This document shows, in pieces, positions 22,558 to 36,700 of a DNA stretch of 64,000 bases (its first letter is position 1; every line of letters starts with the position of its first letter). The notes under the pieces were generated by a model, which did no database searches, had not been told where the DNA came from, and saw only the letters and a program-made list of their open reading frames with translations. Both the position numbers and the translations under genes were made by a program. Source of the DNA: Balanoglossus misakiensis (lineage: Eukaryota > Animalia > Hemichordata); the NCBI GenBank assembly GCA_040954595.2, contig CM082578.2, positions 10,153,519 through 10,217,518 of the forward strand. The letters are read 5' to 3'.

Positions 22558-23374
22558 ATAAAAATAAGCTTAAAATACATTTCGTGAACGTTTGCTGTAT
22601 CAAAGTGCGTGATCTAAATATACACCTGTGTCTACTACCCCGTGCTCATGAATTTCTAGAACTCTTGGAATCATATATTGACGAAATGACTACTGCATAT
22701 TATAATTTATTTCGACTTCCGAGCAACAACGCTATGATTTTTCAAGTGCGACCAGGACGCCCTCTTACGGGCAAGGCGTTTAATTTAAACTAAAACAGCG
22801 TGCAGCATACCGAGTTAAGAATAGTTTGCTGTAAATTAACTTGAAATATAATGTAAATTTCCTACTCTAGTTGGTGGTATCAAAGAGTTAATATTTCAAA
22901 TATTATACAAACATAGATCCAATGAGACAATTGTCTCACTTCTTTCAGGGCAAACGTAAACGTTATCCCTGCGGACAAAAACCATCTACGGTAATACTTT
23001 TTTTCAAATAAATAATAAAGTAATACCCACTTCATTAAAGGAACAAAGTGTAGAAAAAAATAATTCCACAAATTCAAAATTAAAGGATGTCGGGCTGAGT
23101 CCAGTACGACATATCTGATATAAGTCTAGGTGACGTAGAATCTCTCGTCACGATACACCGTTGTTGAAATCAGGTGTACCCCTTAAGTCAGCCTAAGACC
23201 ATTCTCAGGGTATGGCCTTGGCTGTACACGCAATAATTAACTGCATAATTGAAATCATTTATCTCGGACTTCGACCTCAAAATTTAGTGTCTTCAATATT
23301 TTCGGCCATGTACACGTATGCTATATTTGAAATTTACAGAAAGATATACATTGGTCCATTAATTAGAATTATTG

Positions 23375-23463
23375 GATTGATCGATCGATCGATCGACGGT
23401 GAGAGATTGATTGGTTGGGTGGTTGGTCGGTCGGTCGGTTGGTTGGTTGGTTGGTTGGTTGGT
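23375..23463. repeat. Compound (GATC)n/(TTGG)n/(TCGG)n tetranucleotide microsatellite in the Wnt16 3'UTR region
   Basis: Seen directly. Confidence 0.9.
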
Positions 23464-24301
23464 AAGGTCAGGTCGTTTTTACGATATTCAAACAAGAAAG
23501 TTTCTGGAGTATCTATGAAACTGTCCCGGGAAATTCTTAGTACCATGACTACCCACCGCAACAGTCTTGTCTTCAATTTGACAATGCGATCGGTATGCAT
23601 TCATCCATATTTTCAATTCGCGAGACTATCAATGACTTTTTGTTTCAACTGATTGGTGCAAGGGTGCTCTTTATAAATCACATATATGTTTATATATAAT
23701 ATAGTTGAAATCCGAGGAGAAATAGTATTTTGTATAGGAAACTATTTCGTCTTGAGGTGTACAAGGTCCGTGTTATAATTGTTGGAAACCACTTCCATAT
23801 GGTACAAGTCTTATGTTGAAATAGTTCGAATACTCAAGTGTCCCTGAAGTGTTCCGTTATCTTTAACGGCAGATTTAAATTTCGATCGTCCTGCAAGTTT
23901 AATGCTCATTAATATTTTCTACTGTTTAGCACACGGAGTCGACTTGATTTATGTTCTAGTTTTTCCACAAAGCTACACATGGGCGCGCATCTACTTGGGA
24001 CCCTGGAAAACCTGCAGGTGATCTCCCCCAGACGACTGTTGCAGGTCTTCACTAAGTTACAATGCTGTTTCATCTTTAATGCGACAGTTTGATCAGGAGG
24101 ACGCAGACGACGATTGGCTCGATCGCTTTTGATCAAGGCACACTGCACATTTTCCTTATCCGGTTATTGTATTTTTGCCTCTTTATAAACAACAACACTT
24201 TCGTTGCTTGATCAACATCAAGTGGCCTTGTAAATGTCTTGAGGTATCCCCGTCATGCAACTCTAGGCTAGTACCGGGCAGGGTCGACGTCTGTCCTCGC
24301 C

Positions 24302-24766
24302 TCATTTGCACGTGTACCTGTCTATCTTGGTCGTGCAGGTGTCGCATTTGACGTAGCAACACCAGTAGAATTTGCAGTCACAGCGTTCGACAAAGCTGAC
24401 GACCTGCGTGTTGTAGCCTCGCCCGCAGCACAGCAGGTCGCAGCTGTCTGGGCCGTCAGAAGTTCTGTTACACTCTCTCCCCCTCGTTCCGAACACGCCG
24501 TTCGAAGAATCCTCCACGCAGTAATTGGGGGACTTGTCCAGAAAGACCATCTCCGTCTCATTGATGGGCAGTCTGGGTTTCTGCTTATTTTTCCGGCGGA
24601 GTCGCTTCTTGGCCCTGGGGTGAAGTTCCACCGAGAACTCGTACTTGGACTTCAGTAAATCTCCCACATCGCTGAAATGAGGCATGGTTTTCCAACACGT
24701 TCTGACGTTGCAGGAGCCGGAAACGCCGTGACACCTGCATTGAACGTTCATCTGATCCTCAATCGC
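24302..24766 (-). CDS. WNT16: Wnt16 exon 4
   Basis: ttacag|GCG ATT GAG GAT CAG ATG ... TGA, 465 nt. Confidence 0.95.
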   Translation of the reverse strand, partial: AIEDQMNVQCRCHGVSGSCNVRTCWKTMPHFSDVGDLLKSKYEFSVELHPRAKKRLRRKNKQKPRLPINETEMVFLDKSPNYCVEDSSNGVFGTRGRECNRTSDGPDSCDLLCCGRGYNTQVVSFVERCDCKFYWCCYVKCDTCTTKIDRYTCK

Positions 24767-27700
24767 CTGTAACAGGGAAAGAAAAAAGAAGAGAATGTCA
24801 CTGGAAACTTTGTAATCCTCAATTTTATCTAGCCAAGACTACTAGCCAACATACAACATGTATTTCAATATATATCACAAGTGTTCATCATTGTTCCGAT
24901 ATGAGCTTTCAGATTATCGTTCTTTCGGGGGCAGTGCCACAGGTTCTGGTAACATTGCTTGGATTAGCCGCATCGAACGGCTTCATCAAAGCAGAGTTAC
25001 TAGAACGTGTGGACTGTGCGAACAACAGAAGTAGATCATGCTGTTGAGTCCTCATAAGCGCATTCATTCTCATGATGGCAAAAAAGAACTAGTCATCTGT
25101 GCAACGTGTGTTGGCCCGGGATCCACCACGCAACTGTGCCGAAAAACAGCGTTTTATTATTCCAGTCATATTTACATTTCAGTCCGTATTTCAGTAAGTC
25201 TTTCCATGCCACTAATTTCATCACCAGACTAGAGGAGTGTCGCGTTCCTTGTAAATCCAGACAACCATGTCCATTGTATTTTTTGCCGCTTGACATACTT
25301 TTCACGCCGTACTCTAGAGCCATAGCTTGGCGAACGAGCCATTTTACCGGCGGTGATGACATCTCACTTGGTTTCGAGTATTTGTTTTTTTTCTGCCTTT
25401 TCACGCGTCTTTAGTTTCAAAGCAAAGTGTTGCAACATTCTTTCTGAGATGCCTGTCAGAAGTTACTGCTACTACAATGGTGACGTCACAAGTGTATGGG
25501 CAAGTGGAAACGATGGGAAGAAAACGCCGATCTATTGCAATGTCAAGTACTGCAGATTTCGGTTAATTTTCGTGAGGGAAAGATGGAGAGAAAGTTTTTT
25601 TTTCATTCGCGTGATACGGTGATTCGACTCGTTCGATATATCTACCGCAGCCTATCGACGCCTGCCTGACCTTTTCATGGACCTCAGGCTGGTTTGCCCC
25701 AAACACCGCGCATACAGCATCACTTAAGAAGAGATATTCCACGTCATGCTTTAATGCAAAATGATGCATGCGGCCAAGTCCCAAAGTGCTGGAAACATCT
25801 GAAGGTACTAAGAAAAATAAACCCCGATGCGAAGGCCCATCAGTCATCATCATCGCCAACTAACCAGTGCGAAAACACAAGTGTATCATGTGTATCTAAG
25901 TGCGTTGTTGGCCAAGCAAAGAAAAAGGACTTTCTTGAAATTCGTCATCGGCAGACCACCCATGGAAGAACAGGCATGTGCACCGAATCATACATAATAC
26001 ACTGGTCACCACCTTGTCGATCCGTGTCAAGGCCTGATAAGAGAGAGTTCATTCCGACTGTCTCTGATGTATCCTGACATTTTTAGATTTATGACTCGAT
26101 GTCCCGGTAATACCGCGTCTGTGACGACGTAACGTAAAGGATATTCAAGAACAATAAATTTGGTCGTAAAGGTACACTTTTACGTAAAGCGACAAGGTAT
26201 TTGAGTAAATCCTTGATTTTTAATGATACACTTGCACAAACACGCTGATTTGCCTATTGATGAGGGACAAAAGTCATTCTTCTGTTGAGGTCATCGTCAA
26301 TGGTTGTTCCGCGTGTTCTGCTTATGTGCTTGGCATAAACGATCGTCTATTTTAGTCGAGATCGACGTCTACTTTCTCGTCATAGAACGCCCTCTACGTC
26401 CATATTGGATATCAAGGTGTGAGTCTCGAGATATCGAATCTGTGGATCCCCCCCCCCCAAAAAAAAAATAGGTTCAAAGAATTGTGTTCCTCTCTTCATG
26501 TTTGTTCGATTCCAGCGACCCATAATTTCTTAGACCTTACGATGAGAAAATACACATAAGTGTACCAGCCCTTAGAGCCAGAAGAACCACAACTACTGAT
26601 AGTAAATCTGCTTCTGGAACGCAGTGACAATATAGGAGGTTTTAAAGTGATATATACTGTATTATATTATACCAGTATATTGATGGTGTAAATCACGCTA
26701 TTTGATTGGTCGAGACACGACACGTGACCGTGATATATTAGCCATATACCACAGTCATATATCATAATCAAAGACAATGCCTTTTTAAAATGTTTTATGC
26801 AAAGTTTCAATATACTGGCATAATATAATAGCAATAAAACACCCCCAGCCATGGTATATCACTCGATTTTGACCAGTTCAACTCCATATACGCACTCGCT
26901 ATCGCTCGTGCGTATATGTCGTGAACTGGTCAAAATCTCGTGGTATACCATGGCTGGGGGTGTTTTATTGCTTAAATATAACTGAAATTCCCATGTTAAA
27001 ACGCCAACTTTGTCTCTGATGTCGTCGCGAGCCTCGGGCACCGTGTGAGTGTTCCCACTTCGACGTTGGTGCAAAAACAAGCCGCGATCAGCGTGAGTTT
27101 CTGATTGTGATTGTCGGTTACGCAACGAACAACTCTCTGGATGGTCCCCTTCCAAACGCGGAACCTGGGGGCAATATCTAATATGTTCTGGGAAGGTCAT
27201 ATACAATCCCCCTTAAGTAGGCCGGATAGCGCAAGGAATGCGACTCATCAGGACTCACGAGACAGCAATGAATAGAGGAAAAAAGTAAAGGTGTCAATTG
27301 AATGATGTCAGCGAGAATGTGCCCCATAAATCTCGGATTAAAGTACGGAAGTTACCAATGGCATACCGAGAATACTGACAATCTTCGTCCGTGTGTATAG
27401 CAAGTACTTATTCAAGAGTAATGGCTGGGGTGGGGTAGTAGAAAACGAGGCCTATTTGATCAAATGAAGTATGTTCGATGCACCCTGGCAAGCAGCGTGG
27501 TTTAAGGTGAATTCCGCGTAACTGATATTTTCTTTGTATCAAATTTCCTGTCTCAAGTGTGTGTGTGTGTGGCTTGGACAAACTTGGTGTGAAAAAAAAA
27601 AACTGCGGGGGTGAAAGTCTTCTCCACTGGGTGCGGGAACCATGATTCTAAAGATATTACATCCCCATACGATTACTGTGGTGTCAGTTATGTAAATCAA

Positions 27701-30700
27701 AATGTGTAATACAGCATTTCGCTTGCAACAATCACGATAAGTTTTCATTGCTCTTTTGAAACTTCAGTTGTTTGCTTATTTTTAGCCTGAAGGGTTCGCT
27801 CCTTTCCCGAACTCTAGACAAACTCCCTTGACGGTCCCAAGAGAAGCACTGCTGCGCCTGTCCTTGACGGCAAATCAACGTAATGAGGCATTAGGACGAG
27901 GAAGCATCTCTCAATACAAAGACCATAAAAGGTTCAGCCCCTAAAGCGGGGAATAACTAAAGCTAATACGAATTACCAGCGTCTCGGTTGGAGTGCCAGA
28001 TGTTTCCGTGGGACAACCATTCTCTATTCCTTTGCTAATATACAAAAGCCATGTATGCATGTATATGTACTAGTATGTATGTATGTATGTATGTATGTAT
28101 GTATGTATGTATGTATGTATGTATGTATGTATGTATGTATGTATGTATGTATGTATGTATGTATGTATGTATGTATGTATGTATGTATTTATGTATGTAT
28201 GTATGTATGTATGTATGTATGTATGTATGTATGTATGTATGTATGTATGTATGTATGTATGTAGGTATGTATGTATGTATGTATGTATGTATGTATGTAT
28301 GTATGTATGTATGTGTGAGTATACGTGAGTACATATAATGCAAAACACGGTCATCAATATTTTAGCTGGAGTGATAGCATACCTGGGTTTTAAGTGGAAT
28401 TTCAGAAACGCGAATGTAGACAGTTTCGTAAACAAGTCAGCGAAAAACCCGCAAGATAAAGTGGATCGCATTGACCGAATTCACTACAAGGTCTTGATTA
28501 CGGGGTGGCTTCACGAAATACATGTCACAAGTAGTGATAAATTGTTACTCTGGCCACATGAAAAAAGCCCGCTTTGTTTTTGAAAAGGAGTGGTTGCGAA
28601 AAACACAATAAATAAACTGAATTCTTCTCTGTCAGGAGAAAACAAACTTCGCTGGGCAAATCGGGATATCGTTTCGAGGGAGGCTTTGGTTTATTTCCAA
28701 ACCTTCGATCGGGTCAATGTTACAAGCGCAGGCAACAAATCTGTTTGTTGCCATTTCAACTGGCTTTCGTCCACTGCCTTTATTACACGTCTGACGAATA
28801 AACTTTGTTTTTTCAAGCTTTGTGGCACTCACGAGAATATAAATCTGAAGTAGTGTTAGTTTGGTCTGGGCGCAAGAGCAATCACTCTAATTGTGTGACA
28901 ACCCCCCGTCACCCCTTCCCTGGCCGGCGAGTGTTGAGTGCTGTTTAGTCCCCCCCCCCCCGGTTTGCAAGACATGTATTTCACGGATCTGCGAGGCCGC
29001 CCCGTCCCCATGTGCAGTGCAGACAATGCCTGACAATCGAAGTAGGCATAGTCCATTGCTCCCGAATACAAAGCATCATCCGTCTTTTAGTGCTGCCCCG
29101 GGGGCACACATCTCGTTCTTCCATTTTTTTCTGCGAGTGACAAAATGCTAACCGACTGTGATCCAAGGCGCTGGGTGTAGTCGGTGGGCCACACATATAC
29201 ACCACACCTCTCATTACCAAGGTTTATTTAGACACAGAGTGAGTTCGCCCCACCAGGCTTGAAACTTCCCAAAGTGAATACAGAGAAGCATGTTGGACTG
29301 TGGGGCGGGGGGTGTTCGGGTAGCCCCCTCATGCTTTATGACCGAGGGGCAGGATAGTTAGTTAATTTGTTTTCCGAGTACATGAATCTGTCTGCAAAGA
29401 ACCAACATAAACACGGCCTTCGTATCATTCTGGTCCGGTGTTTTGAATGACAATGTGCCGGCAAAACACTGCACACTCGAGTAAATGTCACTTGGACCTA
29501 CAACACATTCGTGGGGTGAAGGAATCCACGGCCAAGATCGCACAAGGGTTCTCACTGATCCCACGCCGGGCTGAGTTCAGTTCTCCTCCTCCACCGTCGC
29601 ACCACCTGCCTGAGTCGAGATCTCGTCTCTCTCTGTAAACACTGCCGCCGGTGAATTTTCATGAGCGACTAAACGGTGCAGTAACTGCTCGCCTGGCTGT
29701 CGGATTTAATTAAAATCCCCGACGAATCCAGAGTGAATTGCGGTTCGTGTCTCGAAGAATGGATTAAGCAGGGCTGGCGTTTAATGTACTCAAAAAAGTC
29801 AATTACTCCGAACCTTTGGCGGGTAATTCGCGGGTTACCACGCAATTGGAAAGTGTTGGTATACCCTTCAAAGCATGCCCGTTCTTGCCATCAATGGTGG
29901 CAATAACCCGTGCCTTTTCGAGGACTGAAACCATGCATATTCAAGCGAGGAGTTTCGATAATTGAGTGGAAATGCACATGTTTATACACAATTCGCCTGA
30001 GATTCGGACCAATCATCCCGTCTCGAACGTGCTATTACATGTAATTAACCCCACTGCTAAGAAAACTCACAAATTAGCACAGACTGTAAAACAATAAACT
30101 TATTATCCCACCCGTGGCTAGGTGTTAATTGTTTTGTTTTGACGAGGTGTGGCTGGCCGCTGCGTGTATTCCAATAATCACGTACTGCACTGCACATGGG
30201 CGTAAATTATGGGACGTGTCAAATTAGCCTCGCAATCAAGGTTGTCGTCGATGTTTGTCTGGGTTTCGAACAAAGTTTTCTGCCTGCGTGAAATGAGAAA
30301 AACATAATCATCCCAACCTGCAAAGCTCTCGCGTGGGCCTTGGCTATCAAATCACTACACTGTGCACTGAAAAGTCATTTAGCGTAGATAGTGATTATCA
30401 TCTGCTTTGGTTGAGTGGGATTTTTTGGCGTATACACTTTTGCTGACTTCGTTTACCGCACACCGGCGGCCAATCAGCCCCGCCTGTGATTGATTGTGCC
30501 ACGGGAATCTACAGGGAGAAACCTTTTTTTGTGTTTCCCCATCCACGGCAGAAATGGGGACATGTCTGTCCGGACAGCGGCGGCAATTAAAATCAAATAA
30601 ATCTAAAAGCCCGGGGTTGTACGATGACAACATGTACAAAACGCCTTCAGTCTGGAAGGCTATTGCTGGAATCCACCGAGGAATAGCCCCGGCATTCGCC

Positions 30701-33700
30701 CGGCCTTTTGAAGCTGAACCGCTGCGCTCTTTCTTTCACAGGAGGATTAGTGTGAGCCACTAAACTTCGAAGACTCAATTCACCTGCCTTCGCCGCGCGC
30801 TTTTCAGGCGACCCTTTTATTCCATAAAGGGAACCTCTTTGCCGCTGTAGCTCTGGGCCAGTGTACTCTGTACTGTCAGCGGAGTCTCCCTTTTCACCGG
30901 TGCCGTAGCCTGCCATGGGGACTGGCTGTTTTCTGACACGCACGTAAAGTCCCCTCTAAGCAAAACATACCCGATGAATACAACTGGACATTGTGAATGC
31001 ATTGTCAACACAGGCGGACAAGGGCGTCCCCAGAAGACTCGCTTATTCCTTGGGTTCTAATTTCAAATCGTAGCCGAGGGGGCTTCTGTGATCTGTTTTC
31101 ATTGGGTGCGTTTTCTTAAGATCTCAGTCAATATTAAAGTTTTTTCTTTAAACACGGGCCCTTCAGTTAGATTCATGAATGGTTAAGCATTTTGCCCTTA
31201 TCTAACGGATAAACAATTTTCAATGGGAGACGGGGCCGTTTATACTGCTGTAGGTGAATTGACACCGGTGCGAGCCAGCCATGGCAGGCATCCGCAGCCA
31301 CTTCAGGTCCCCAAAGCTTGCAGAGAATAATTCATCTCCTCCACACGTCTATACTCGGAGCCACACCTGTACTGGATGCCATCTGAATCGTCTAACACTA
31401 GACCACCATGCCATGGAAACAACCACAAACTTATTCCTTTCCTTTTTTCATGTCTGCGTGGGTACACCGGACCTGGGAATACGAGCATGATATCCAACAA
31501 GTCAGATGATCTCGCAAATGTTACTTCTCGCACTGATTGAAACCCACTAAAGTACATCACACTATAGCTCACGATCACATTAGATGGTATATCTCACAGT
31601 CACTCGTAAACGGGGTAGCCGTGCGGGGGACTGCACTGTGACTTAGAAATAACTAAGACGTAGCGCATTTTGCACGTGACTGTGTGGTGTGTCTGTGCGG
31701 CGTACATGCAGGTGGGGTCATATTTCGAGTGCCGAACATTCTCGCCCAGAGCTGAACTTGCTCGCCGGGAATTATCGCCGTGTTCGCGGCATTTTCTACC
31801 ACCATTGGTGTTTATTTGAAACTTGGATCGTATAAATAAACGACGGGCGCAAATTACGCTTGTTTCAGAGCAAAGGCCGAGTGCCCAGTAGGCTAAAGAT
31901 TTACAGATATTTACAAGACGCGGCCATTTATCAGTTTGAGCAGAACCTCTCCGCGGGCACGAGGGCTGAACAGAGAACACCGTTAGCTCGGAGACTCCCA
32001 AGATTCCCTAATCATTTTATTGTCAGTGCCAATCCATGTATACTTTTGAAGCCTTTCAGTGTTAAGTATCTGTGGTTAATTAGATCTTCTTTTCTTAAAT
32101 AGGGCCATTCTCCCTCTTCTGGTTGATTCCTCAAAGGGGGGAGGCGATGACGCCTTTCAAGTGTCGTTAGAATTTTTTTTTGCACTGTGCCGGAAAGGCC
32201 CCGAGTCAGTCGAAACACGCTTTGGCGGGATGCTGCTGTGTTCGGAGTTCAACCGAATCCAAAATCAGTGGGCATGTATGAGCAGTGTACCCTTTGGATT
32301 CGAATGATTCCACGCAAGCTGCAGTCTTCGCGAGATCTGGCACTTATTAAAAAGTGTGAAATTTCTCGAACGGTTTAAACGTATGATGCTTCGCGGAACC
32401 GCAATTGTTTCGGCGCACTCCAAATTCGCGTTCGAAACGCTATAGCAGACATCTTCTGCCAGAAAAGCATCAATCGTAGAAGTGTAAATTCCCAGCAATT
32501 TGCATGATTCGCGAAGTAACTTCACCGAGTCGTTTTGCATATGTCAATAAAGTCTTGTCGTCATTGTCCCGTTTTGTAAACATATTTTGCAGCGGAAATC
32601 GTAACGAAACGACGAGAGCCAATTCACACCGGTCACTCTGTCCGAGACCTTTTGTTCGGGAGCTGCGACGCATTTCTAAGAGAACGGTAATTGTCTCCGA
32701 GGAGGGAGGGAGGTGGGGGGGGGGGGGGACATCGGCAGCTGTCCAGAGCCAGATGATTGATGGCTCGCATTCCTTGATAGCTCGTTAATTATCACCGACA
32801 TACCCCCTTATTTCAACAACTTATGATTCATCATGTCAAACACAAGCAACTGTTGGCCACATTTTATTGTCAGCGAACGATGCATGTCAAACGGATCGGT
32901 CAGAGTGGCATCGCCGGGTTAATATCTTCTGTCACCCTTGTGGAAGCATGCTCCGAGCCTTCAGCGCCAGTTTATTGCACCCAACTTTTTTTTCTCTCGC
33001 CACAAGTCCCATTACTTCTAAGTTCCTTTGCTTTTATGTCCTGGCTGCAGAAACCACATACTTTGCGCCGGAGTCTATTTCTTTTGTCAGCTCTCAATCT
33101 GCGATAAGGCACTTAACATTTTACGGCGCTTGTTGAGTGGCAAAGTATCTGTGTTCATGGTGTTAGGTGGGGGAGAGAGTGAGATCAGAAACCAGTTTAT
33201 TGCCCGCTGCGTGTCTCCCACCTCGCCTGAAAAGAGACAGAATCCACATCAATCATCCTCTTCGCCTCTGTCACGGAGGGTGGAGATGGCGTTGAATAAT
33301 TTTGATAACCTGTTTATTTCTTCGTGTTGTTTTGTTTTTGTTTTGTTTGTCCTCGTTGATGAGCGGTTTAAAGAAAAATCCCAAATCCGATCAGGTGGTG
33401 TTATCTCAGCGTTTCCTCATAGCTTGTTCTCCGGGGAACCCGAACTCGATCGTAAACTTCTCACGACGGATTCGCTGGAACAATGCGCTGGCAAACACCT
33501 GCGCAATGTTATGTCGTTGGCATTCAGGTTCTGCGACATTGAGCCGATTTTTACGCACATGCGAAAACGGAACTCCCATGAAAGGAAGATGGTCTTGCGG
33601 GTGGGTTGTACAAAAGATTGAAGGTTTTAACGCTCTCTAAATTGGTCTTGCTAACTTGATTAATTGGAGGCATGGTTACAGAGCCTTTAGATTTGTCATG

Positions 33701-36700
33701 GATGGCCCCCCAGAATCGCAATGGCCGTGTTCAACAACTCCGATTGTACATTTTAACATTCGACATAACTTTCTCTCGTTTTATATCTGATGGGAGTTCG
33801 AATTGGCAGTTTTCGGATCTGTAATTGGCTCTTTAATACAACATTTCATAGAAGAGCTAGTAAGGTGCTTACCAAAGTTAGCGCTGGCAATTTTGAAAAC
33901 AATTCAAATAATTGTAGTTTGAAATGTGCAATTCCGATATCCACACGCTTTCACGCCTGCACTGTTGAGTATATGAAGAGTACACAGTAACGGGGAAAAT
34001 CTCCGGTTCGTGTGTACATACGTCAAAAGTTTGGGGTGAGTTTTGAAGAGAGTGACTGTCTGTGTATTCTAAATTATCAACACACGGGTCAAAGGTTAAA
34101 TAGATAGAAAGGAGTTCTGTGTGATCTGATAAAATAAACAAGCCCCCAATACCCACACAACGTTCACTGAGGCCCAGAGTACTGTCCCACTCGTCAAAAG
34201 CAAATTGTATTGGGCGATGAATTTGGACAGGTATATCTTGAAAACGGGTTAATGTCAGGCATTTTTAACGTTGCTTCGCACTATATACATCCATCAGCTC
34301 GGGCACAGCACTGAATGCGACAACCAGCGCAATAATCGAGCCCCCCCCCCCCCCCCCCCCTTGTGAGGTCGTGCGAACACACCAGAGAATGCATGCCAAA
34401 CATCTTCTGTATGGCGACGCTGGAGCTTCTTTTGTTTGAGGAGCCTCTCACTGACTTTCTGACCTGCCAAACTCGGCCTGTTCATTCTCTCGGATGGAAG
34501 GCCACCTTTTTTGCGTGCCTTTTAGTGACCATTATATCAGCCTCAGTACATTCCAACAGGAGTGTCCGGGTTAAAAAAAGAAAGACTCAGTAAATTACCG
34601 TTCTCTGCACAAGCAACAAAAACACCAACTTCACTCTCCTCTGAGGACTAAAGTAAAGAAGTCACATTTGATCCGACTGACTCGGGAAATGCACATACGG
34701 AAACAAAAGATGTCACGGCTAATTACAGCAGACACCGGGCGGCGGGGCCAATTAAGTCCATTTACCTAGATTTTTAGGACAGATTTAATCTAAAATTAAC
34801 GGAATCATTAGACTATAGTGTCAGGCCTTTCATTCCTCGAGGTATTGACTTGGAGAGGGGGGTAATCCTGGAGAGTTGTCATTCGCGAGCTGTCAGAGGA
34901 AATTATATGACTTGAAAAAACCAGCATGGCGAATTACACTCTCGGCCAATTGACAAACGCTTGGGAATATGTGAGAGAGGGGATACGCTTTCAGGTTACT
35001 GACAAAGGGTCGGCCCCGCCAACTTATTAATACGATAGCGCGGGTTTGAAAGAACGGCATGCCCCGCGCTTTGTGCGTCTCACTGAAGTTTACAACTGCA
35101 CGGATGTCTAACAACCGGCTCACAATGGATGTTTTCACTACCGCGGATAAGGAGACGAAAGTTCCCTTTTTTTGATCAAGAAGGGATGGGGGAGTAGATG
35201 AAAAGGCGTCTGTGTTTCCTCGGTATGTCTGAGCACGGTTTAAAAGTGGACCAGAATATGTCAGTGTTAGTTATAATGAACACTTGTGGGTGCTTCCTAT
35301 GAAATACGACGAAAACACGTCCGTCGGCGACTGTTAGGCCGGTCTGTGGTGTGCTTACCGGTCGTTGTTCGTGACCTACTTCAAGTGTTGGTGCATGTTC
35401 TAGAACTTGCAATCAATTATGGAAACCACTTTTTAAAATAATTATTTTCATTTTGGAATATGTGTTTACATGTAGGTTCCCTATTGGCTGTAAACCCCCT
35501 TTCTCCTGAATCAATTCACAGCAACGACAGTATTTCCCCACAAAAGCAACAGCATTTCGTCGTTTAGAAAAAGTAAACAGGATTTGTCGTTTGAGCGACT
35601 TCGGTGATGGTCGTACTAGATTTCTGGTCGTGTAGACCTCGAGGGTGATGTTGTAACGTGAGAGGCATTGCTTGTAAAGAACTTGGTTCGATATGGTACA
35701 CTAGCGTATAGTGTTTCGAATCAGCGACTACTCAGTACAAACGTTTGAAATGGAGTTCGGAAAACTCTTATCAAGTACTTGAGCAATCAACATATACGGG
35801 CTACACGCGGTTAAAAGCAATAACACCCAACTGTGCGATAAGTGTCTTCTAATAGTCCAGAGTGGCCGCAGTGGAGTATAAATGACGACTGTTTTTGTCT
35901 GTCAGATTCCTCGTTTATCATACCCACATGACCCACCTTCCACTGCACAGTCGCGCGGTGAAAGCGCGGAAGATAAATCATTAAAGTTTTGGACGACAAA
36001 CCACAAGCTCCCTCTCGTGGTCACTGGTGGGGATATGGTTTTCTGTTATTTCTCAGTACCGCCGATAACTTGGTATTTAAAGGAGAATTAGTATAAGTCT
36101 CGCGAGAAGACTTCAGCGTATATGCATGAACGCACCACATACATGTGCTGTTTGAGTGACCGTGGTTGTCACTGGCAGACGCCATGTTTGAGCAGCATTG
36201 GGAGATAACGGGAATTGGCCTAAACCCATTATCGTCCCGGCGTCAAATACTTCCTCACCCAACAAACAAACGATAAACTTCAAGCGTTTTAAACTGTTGA
36301 TCTTGCACTTGAAGAGAAGTGTACAGTCTTAAATAACTGTCCACTTCAGTAACGCCTTCACGATTTGCACAGATTTTTATCAACCAGGAGAGAGTCTAGG
36401 GCAGACGAATCCTGCAGGAACGTTTGCTGGCGATGAATTGACGCAGACTCGCTGGCCGTCATGTACGTTAAATAAACAAACTGACCGTACTCTTCTTGTT
36501 AAAGCCATCCCGGACAATGGAATTGTGTATATTACTGTTAACAGCAAGCAATACGTGAGGGGGATAACATGCCAAAAATCGGATAAAATCGATCTTTGTT
36601 AAACGAGACCATTCTCTCTGGCGGGTTGAACGTCCGCCTGCAAAGGGGATCCGGGGGGACGTCCAGAGATTTGACTCTCCGTGGGGACATGAGTCGACTG

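Noticed and set aside
28035-28471. ORFs with YVCM/HTYI repeats (also near 37.7 kb)
   Set aside because: Translations of (TATG)n microsatellites.
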